Shown here: piece by piece, positions 25,621 through 32,000 of the stretch
How the letters are laid out: the number at the start of each line of letters is the position of its first letter
Numbering within the stretch: position 1 is the stretch's first letter
From: an uncultured Cardiobacteriaceae bacterium
GTDB taxonomy: Bacteria > Pseudomonadota > Gammaproteobacteria > Cardiobacteriales > Cardiobacteriaceae
Reading direction: 5' to 3'
Length of the DNA: 32,000 nucleotides
NCBI GenBank assembly: GCA_963533935.1
Contig: CAUSQL010000002.1
Span: 45,876-77,875 of the forward strand
Notes under the pieces: model-generated
The model's input: only the letters and a program-made list of their open reading frames with translations
The model's database searches: none
Told to the model about the DNA's origin: nothing
Translations under genes and position numbers: made by a program

Positions 25621-26700
25621 TTATTCCCTCTGCAGGGCCAGCAGCGCTTCCGTCTCCTGCTCCTGCTGGAGGGGGGTGATTAGCAAATCCAGACTACCTT
25701 CCAGAATTTCGTCCAACCGGTAGAGGGTCAGGTTAATGCGGTGGTCCGTAACCCGGCTCTGGGGAAAGTTATAGGTGCGAATACGCTCGCTGCGGTCGCC
25801 GCTGCCCACCAGGCTCTTGCGCTCGGCGGCCTGCTCCGCGTTCTGCTTCTGCCGCTCCGCGTCCAGCAGGCGGGTGGCCAGCAGGTTCATGGCCTTGGCC
25901 CGGTTCTTATGCTGGGAACGCTCCTCCTGGCATTCCACCACCGTGCCCGTGGGCAGGTGGGTGATGCGCACGGCACTGTCGGTCTTGTTGATGTGCTGGC
26001 CGCCGGCGCCGGAAGCCCGGTAGGTGTCGATTTTTAAATCGGCCGGGTTAATGTCTACCGCTTCCACCGCTTCCACCACCGGCAGGACCGCCACCGTGGC
26101 GGCGCTGGTGTGAATGCGCCCGCTGGCCTCAGTGTCCGGCACCCGCTGCACCCGGTGGGCGCCGCTTTCAAATTTCAGGCTGGAATAGACATTGGCGCCG
26201 CTAATCTGCGCGATGATTTCCTTGTAGCCGCCGTGCTCGCCGGGGTTTTCGGAAATGACGGAAATTTGCCAGCGGCGCAGCTCCGCGTACTTGGCGTACA
26301 TGCGGAACAGGTCGCCGGCGAAGAGGGCCGCCTCATCGCCGCCGGTGCCGGCGCGCAGCTCCAGGTACACGTCCGCCTGGTCCAGTGGGTCCTTGGGAAT
26401 CATCAGCCGGGCCAAATCCTGTTCCGCCTGCACTAATTTTTCCGCCAGCTCCTCCTTTTCCAGCTGGGCCAGCTCGGCCATTTCCGGGTCGTTCAGCATT
26501 TCCTCCAGGGAATTCTTCTCCGCCTGGAGCCGTTCCAGCTGGTTCAGCGCTTCGACGATGGGGGTGATTTGCCCGTGTTCCTGGGCGTACTTTTGCAGCA
26601 GGCTGGGGTTTTCCGCCGTTTCCGGCAGGGCCAGCAGGCCGTTCAATTCCTCCTGACGCTCGCGAATGGCCGCTAGCCGGTGCAGTAAATTGGGGTGCAT
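25621..26700 (-). CDS. prfA: Peptide chain release factor 1
   Basis: 359 aa with [19 protein letters not shown] (GGQ) and [17 protein letters not shown] (PxT region). Near-colinear with E. coli RF1. Confidence 0.96.
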   Translation of the reverse strand: MHPNLLHRLAAIRERQEELNGLLALPETAENPSLLQKYAQEHGQITPIVEALNQLERLQAEKNSLEEMLNDPEMAELAQLEKEELAEKLVQAEQDLARLMIPKDPLDQADVYLELRAGTGGDEAALFAGDLFRMYAKYAELRRWQISVISENPGEHGGYKEIIAQISGANVYSSLKFESGAHRVQRVPDTEASGRIHTSAATVAVLPVVEAVEAVDINPADLKIDTYRASGAGGQHINKTDSAVRITHLPTGTVVECQEERSQHKNRAKAMNLLATRLLDAERQKQNAEQAAERKSLVGSGDRSERIRTYNFPQSRVTDHRINLTLYRLDEILEGSLDLLITPLQQEQETEALLALQRE

Positions 26701-26826
26701 GACATTCCTTAATTCTTGATTCGCCGGCTATTTTACGGTTTTGGCCGGGTTTTGTTCCGGCTCCCGCCGGCCGCCGCGGCAATTAAATTAATGGTAATGG
26801 TGCCGAAAAAAAAATCCGGTTAATAA

Positions 26827-28287
<1,461 letters not shown>

Positions 28288-28356
28288 ACACGATACCCTT
28301 CGCATCACCTGATTGCCCAAGGCATTGTTTAAAAGCTAGCCTTAAGCGGTAACCGA

Positions 28357-28382
28357 GGCACTCCACGGAGTGCCTTTTTTGT
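28357..28382 (+). terminator. Rho-independent terminator after gdhA
   Basis: ggcactcc-ac-ggagtgcc followed by ttttttgtgttt. Confidence 0.8.
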
Positions 28383-28394
28383 GTTTAGCGTAAA

Positions 28395-28500
28395 TTTACA
28401 AATGGAGGGGCGGTTCTTCGCTAGCGCTCAGTGCTGCGCTTAGGCTGTATGTATTTAAGGCTTTAATTACATACAATCTAAGCGCCCCTACGTCGGTAAA
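28395..28500. repeat. Nested-palindrome intergenic repeat R10 (core type 1, long left arm, diverged termini)
   Basis: tttacaaatggaggggcggttcttcgctagcgctcag...ctgtatgtatttaaggctttaattacataca...agcgcccctacgtcggtaaa. Confidence 0.85.
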
Positions 28501-28514
28501 TTGATGGAGAACAC

Positions 28515-28556
28515 GAAGTACCTGAGCGCAGCGAAGAACATGAAGTACCTGAGCGC
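28515..28556. repeat. Direct 15-nt duplication containing a displaced arm-module fragment
   Basis: gaagtacctgagcgc occurs at 28515-28529 and 28542-28556. The intervening cctgagcgcagcgaagaac is the reverse complement of the long-arm module gttcttcgctgcgctcagg. Confidence 0.75.
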
Positions 28557-28625
28557 CGCTCACCCTCCCCGGACTACTTAAATGCTTTGCCTATAGTTCT
28601 TTTACGGCATTAACTTCAGCAATCA

Positions 28626-28654
28626 CCCAAAAGAAAAGCCACTCCAGGAGTGGC
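28626..28654 (-). terminator. Rho-independent terminator for cytochrome c4 (downstream of repeat R11)
   Basis: On the minus strand, gccactcc-t-ggagtggc is followed by ttttcttttggg. Confidence 0.75.
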
Positions 28655-28670
28655 TTAGGTAGCTTTGGTT

Positions 28671-28749
28671 TTTACAAACGGACGGGCGCTTTAGTTGTAT
28701 GTAATTAATGCCTTAAATACATACAGTTAAAGCGCCCGGGTGTTTGTAA
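28671..28749. repeat. Nested-palindrome intergenic repeat R11 (core type 1, flipped loop, short arms)
   Basis: tttacaaacggacgggcgctttagttgtatgtaattaatgccttaaatacatacagttaaagcgcccgggtgtttgtaa. It ends 2 nt from the c4 stop codon. Confidence 0.9.
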
Positions 28750-28751
28750 GA

Positions 28752-29411
28752 TTAATGCTGGAGGCCCTGAATGTAGAGCGACACCGCCTCAATCTGCTTC
28801 GGCGACATCTTCTTCGCAATGTCTTCCATCATCTGGTTGCTGTCGTTGGCCCGCTGACCGATTTTCTTCAAATCCGCGTCGCTGGCCTGCTCCTCAATGG
28901 TGGCCGAAGCCTTGAAGGCCTCCAGCTGCTTGCGGGTGTACTTGGCATGCTGGCCCGCCAGCGCCGGAAAGGCCGCCGGGGCAATGCCTTCGCCGGCCGG
29001 CCCGTGGCAGGCGGCACAGGCGGGAATGGCTGCCGCCATGTCGCCGCCCCGGTAGAGGCTTTCGCCCAGCTTCAGGGTTTCCGCATCGGCGCTGGTTTCA
29101 CCCTTGGCCGGCGCTAGGCTTTCGTAGTAGGCGGCCAGATTTACTATGTCTTCGTCCTTCAGTGCCCCGGCCTGGGCCATCATGGAAGGGTCCAGCCGCG
29201 CCTTACTCTTGAAATCATGCAGCTGCTTGACGATGTACTTGGCCCCCTGGCCGGCCAGCGAGGGCCAGATGGGGTTATTGCTCACGCCCTCTTTACCGTG
29301 GCAGCTGGCACAGACCTTGGCCTTTTCCGCCCCCTTGGCCACATCGCCCTGGGCCGCCGCCTCCAGGCCCAGCAGTAGCACCGCCAGTAGCCACACATTG
29401 CCTAGTTTCAT
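28752..29411 (-). CDS. Diheme cytochrome c4
   Basis: 219 aa with a signal peptide and two heme c sites, CASCHG and CAACHG, each followed by a distal Met region. Divergent from engB, as in many proteobacteria. Confidence 0.88.
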   Translation of the reverse strand: MKLGNVWLLAVLLLGLEAAAQGDVAKGAEKAKVCASCHGKEGVSNNPIWPSLAGQGAKYIVKQLHDFKSKARLDPSMMAQAGALKDEDIVNLAAYYESLAPAKGETSADAETLKLGESLYRGGDMAAAIPACAACHGPAGEGIAPAAFPALAGQHAKYTRKQLEAFKASATIEEQASDADLKKIGQRANDSNQMMEDIAKKMSPKQIEAVSLYIQGLQH

Positions 29412-29466
29412 GGTGTAAATCCTTATAATATTTGCGATTCTGAAAGTTAAATTTTACCGTAAAAAC

Positions 29467-30087
29467 ATGGTTAACCCATACCGCCAGGCCCAATTTGCCT
29501 TCTCCGCCAACCATCGCAAACAGCTGCCGCCGGAAGAAATTCGCGAGGTGGCCTTCGTCGGCCGTTCCAACGCCGGCAAGTCCAGCGCCCTCAACGCTCT
29601 GACCGGCCAGAAAAATCTGGCCCGGGTGTCGAAAACCCCCGGCCGCACTCAGCTCATCAATTACTTCTCCCTGCCCAACGCCGGCCACTATCTGGTGGAT
29701 TTACCCGGCTACGGCTACGCGGACGTGCCCGAAGCCATTCGCAGCCACTGGCAGAAATTGCTCGGTGAATACCTGCTGGAACGGGAACAGCTGCACGGCG
29801 TGGTGCTGCTGATGGACATTCGCCACCCGCTGAAGGATTTAGACCGGCAAATGCTGGATTGCTGCGCCAGCCGCCAGCTGCAAACGCTCATTCTGCTGAC
29901 CAAATGCGATAAGTTCAGCGCCAGCCAGCAGCAGCAACAGCTGCGCCGGGTGGCCAGCGAGCTGACCGCCAGCTACGCGGGCCAGGCGGACATTAGCCTG
30001 CAGCTCTTTTCCAGCCTGAAGAAGACCGGCCTGGAGGCGCTGGTGCAGTGGCTGAACGAATGCTACGGCGGCGCCAACGATGCTTAG
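29467..30087 (+). CDS. engB: Ribosome biogenesis GTP-binding protein EngB/YihA
   Basis: 206 aa with G1 GRSNAGKSSALNALTG, DLPGYGY and LTKCDK motifs. Confidence 0.92.
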   Translation: MVNPYRQAQFAFSANHRKQLPPEEIREVAFVGRSNAGKSSALNALTGQKNLARVSKTPGRTQLINYFSLPNAGHYLVDLPGYGYADVPEAIRSHWQKLLGEYLLEREQLHGVVLLMDIRHPLKDLDRQMLDCCASRQLQTLILLTKCDKFSASQQQQQLRRVASELTASYAGQADISLQLFSSLKKTGLEALVQWLNECYGGANDA

Positions 30088-30835
30088 CCTGGAAGCCCTA
30101 ATCCTGCTGCCGCTGGTGGCCCTGCTGGCCGGCTTCATCGACACCCTGGCCGGCGGCGGCGGCCTGCTCACCGTGCCCGCCCTAACTTTGGCCGGCCTGA
30201 ATCCGGCCCTGGCCCTGGGCACCAATAAGCTGCAATCCAGCTGCGGCACCCTGACGGCGACCCTTAGTTTTATGCGGGCCGGCCGCATTCGCAGCGCCGT
30301 CCTCGGTGAAGCGCTACTGTCCTGCGGCCTCGGCGCGGCGCTGGGGGCGGCCACGGCCATGCTGCTGCCGGCGGGCTGGCTGCAATTAATCATTCCCCTG
30401 CTACTGCTGGCCATTGGCCTGATTCTGCTGGCCCTGCCACGGCTCGGCGAGGTGGTTAAGCCACCGCGCCTGTCCCGCCGCGCCTTTCTCCTCGGCGTGG
30501 CGCTGCCGCTGGGCTTCTACGACGGCTTTCTCGGCCCGGGCACCGGCAGTTTTCTGCTGCTGACGCTGGTGCTACTCCAGGGCTACAGCCTGCAACAGGC
30601 CACCATGGAGGCGAAAACCTACAATCTGCTGACCAATCTGGTGGCGCTGCTGCTGTTTGCCAGCTCGGGCCAGGTGCTGTGGAGCGTCGGCCTGCTGATG
30701 GGCCTGGGGCAAATGGTTGGGGCGCGGCTGGCGGCGCGGCTGGTATTGCTGAAGGGCAATCGGCTCATTCGCCCGGTGGCCATTGGCGTATCCATGGTAA
30801 TGAGCCTGCTGCTGATGTACCGCTACTGGTTTTAG
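30080..30835 (+). CDS. TSUP/TauE-SafE family membrane permease (YfcA-like)
   Basis: 251 aa, polytopic. FIDTLAGGGGLLTVPAL motif is present. Overlaps the engB stop by 8 nt. Confidence 0.8.
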   Translation: MLSLEALILLPLVALLAGFIDTLAGGGGLLTVPALTLAGLNPALALGTNKLQSSCGTLTATLSFMRAGRIRSAVLGEALLSCGLGAALGAATAMLLPAGWLQLIIPLLLLAIGLILLALPRLGEVVKPPRLSRRAFLLGVALPLGFYDGFLGPGTGSFLLLTLVLLQGYSLQQATMEAKTYNLLTNLVALLLFASSGQVLWSVGLLMGLGQMVGARLAARLVLLKGNRLIRPVAIGVSMVMSLLLMYRYWF

Positions 30836-30837
30836 GC

Positions 30838-30952
30838 TTTTACCAACGGATGGGCGGTTCTTCACTGCGTTCAGGCGCCCTTCGGGCGCTTCCCTTGTAT
30901 GTTTAATAATGCTTTTAAACATACAAGAGAAGCGCCCGTACGTTTGTATAAA
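30838..30952. repeat. Nested-palindrome intergenic repeat R12 (core type 2, long left arm)
   Basis: tttaccaacggatgggcggttcttcactgcgttcaggcgcccttcgggcgcttcccttgtatgtttaataatgcttttaaacatacaagagaagcgcccgtacgtttgtataaa. It fills the gap between convergent genes. Confidence 0.9.
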
Positions 30953-30964
30953 TCCCCCTTCGGC

Positions 30965-31318
30965 CTATTTCCGTTCCCGGCTCTTGCCCAGCCGTTCCAG
31001 GGCCGCCAGGTACTGTTCCCAGTATTTATCCCGGTTCTGGCCCAGGTCCGCCAGCACCTCCCAGCTGTAGATGCCGCTGGAATGGCCGTCGCTGAAGACC
31101 AGCTGCACGGCGTAGTTGCCGACGGCCTTAATCTTATAAATGCTCACCGCTGCCTTGCCGCTGACAATCTGCCACTGGCCGCCGTGGCCGCGAATGTCCG
31201 CCGACGGCGAGCACACCCGCAGCAGTTCCGCCGGCAGCGCATAGCTGGCCTCGGGAAATACCACCGTGAGGGTCTTGCGGTCGCCGCTGACGCGCAGTTC
31301 TAAAGGTTCTACAGCCAC
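30965..31318 (-). CDS. DUF971 family protein (gamma-butyrobetaine hydroxylase-like N-terminal domain)
   Basis: 117 aa. LRVCSPSADIRGH and NYAVQLVFSDGHSSGIYSW are typical of DUF971. Confidence 0.75.
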   Translation of the reverse strand: MAVEPLELRVSGDRKTLTVVFPEASYALPAELLRVCSPSADIRGHGGQWQIVSGKAAVSIYKIKAVGNYAVQLVFSDGHSSGIYSWEVLADLGQNRDKYWEQYLAALERLGKSRERK

Positions 31319-31941
31319 TGCGCCACCTCGGCCAGGCTCCTGATGTTTATGGCCCCGGCCAGCGGCGCCGGGTTGTAGAACAGCACCGTGGCCCCGGCCG
31401 CCAGCGCCGCCCGGGCGCCGATGTGGCTGTCTTCCACCACCAGCAGCTCCGCCGGCGACACCGCCAATTGCTCCGCCGCCAGCCGGTAGGGTTCCGCCGC
31501 CGGCTTCGGTTCCCGCACCATTTCTACAGTTATCACCGCATCGAAGCAGGCCAGCAGCTCCGGCGCGGCGCAGTGGGCAAAATTGTGTTCCAGATTGGGG
31601 CGGCTGTCGGAGGTTACCAGGGCCAGCGGATAGGCCAAGGCCTTGATTTTCCTAATTAATTCCGGCGCCCCAGCGATGAAGGGCACGCCGCGGGCCAGCA
31701 GCTGGAAGTAGCGCGAGAAAGTGCGTTCTTCCAGCTCAACCATGTTTAATTGCGGGTAGTGGCGGCCGAGCAGCCTAAAGGTGTCCACCGTGGCCAGGCC
31801 GATGATGGCTTCCAGAATTTCCTGATTAAGGGTCTGGCCGACGGCGGCGAAGGTTTCCACCAGGGCGCGGCGGAAATTGGCCTCGCTGTCAAAAATAGTG
31901 CCGTCCTTGTCCAGGGCCACGGCGCGAAATTTTCCGTTCAT
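31309..31941 (-). CDS. HAD-superfamily hydrolase (phosphoglycolate phosphatase-like)
   Basis: 210 aa with motif I VALDKDGTIFDSE, motif II LVTSDS and a C-terminal EDSHIG. Overlaps the DUF971 gene by 10 nt. Confidence 0.8.
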   Translation of the reverse strand: MNGKFRAVALDKDGTIFDSEANFRRALVETFAAVGQTLNQEILEAIIGLATVDTFRLLGRHYPQLNMVELEERTFSRYFQLLARGVPFIAGAPELIRKIKALAYPLALVTSDSRPNLEHNFAHCAAPELLACFDAVITVEMVREPKPAAEPYRLAAEQLAVSPAELLVVEDSHIGARAALAAGATVLFYNPAPLAGAINIRSLAEVAQWL

Positions 31942-32000
31942 TGCAGCACCGTCGGTTCAATGGTCAGGGTCAGGCCGAAGCGCTCCTTCACGTCCCGCTG
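31938..32000 (-). CDS. 3' end of an unidentified gene (partial, continues beyond the window)
   Basis: The open frame ends ...QRDVKERFGLTLTIEPTVLQ*, and its TGA overlaps the HAD start (ATGA). It is too short to identify. Confidence 0.4.
   Translation of the reverse strand, partial: QRDVKERFGLTLTIEPTVLQ

Noticed and set aside
25621-26700. RF1 has PDT rather than the PAT/PVT tripeptide, and AAT in place of ACT after it.
   Set aside because: The middle residue of PxT is variable among RF1 proteins. The rest of the protein is colinear with canonical RF1 and has an intact GGQ motif. There is no evidence of altered stop-codon specificity.

Overview
This window is mostly core chromosome from a Gram-negative bacterium with GC-rich coding regions and AT-rich spacers. 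I infer a Neisseriaceae-like beta-proteobacterium from three things: divergent aniA-type nirK and qNor norB, an H.8-type Ala/Glu/Pro-repeat lipoprotein, and an AccA-like PCuAC. I could not verify this because no searches were possible.

Gene order:
- 100-7243 (+): the complete fatty-acid and ribosomal cluster yceD-rpmF-plsX-fabH-fabD-fabG-acpP-fabF-mltG.
- 7244-7925: a 680-bp repeat-filled spacer between convergent genes.
- 7926-9232 (-): dsbC and a pncA-like gene.
- 9345-15040 (+): yjgA-hemW, two small lipoprotein genes, then carB with no carA.
- 15216-16403 (-): an orphan Tat-signal beta-propeller-like protein.
- 16668-19822 (-): a copper nitrite reductase cluster, nirK / Sco-TlpA fusion / His-tailed PCuAC, closed by a strong terminator.
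- 20165-22567 (+): divergent quinol NO reductase norB.
- 22866-24663 (+): OsmC-like gene, rsmJ and ogt.
- 25033-26700 (-): a nitroreductase and prfA.
- 26944-32000: gdhA, cytochrome c4, engB, a TSUP permease, a DUF971 gene and a HAD hydrolase.

I saw no tRNA or rRNA genes, CRISPR arrays, transposases, phage genes or recognisable defence genes.

The most unusual signal is not a gene. It is a dense, modular family of nested-palindrome intergenic repeats (REPIN/MITE-like) with 13 full or partial copies in 32 kb. The copies have asymmetric termini, an optional arm module and arm-to-arm covariation, and I cannot match them to any named repeat family from memory.

Secondary points of interest are the copper-maturation genes attached to nirK (especially the Sco-thioredoxin fusion and the repeat-encoded His tail), the uncharacterised Tat beta-propeller next to them, and a Cys-rich C-terminal tail on NorB. 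All functional calls rest on motifs read from the supplied translations and on synteny. No database search was run.
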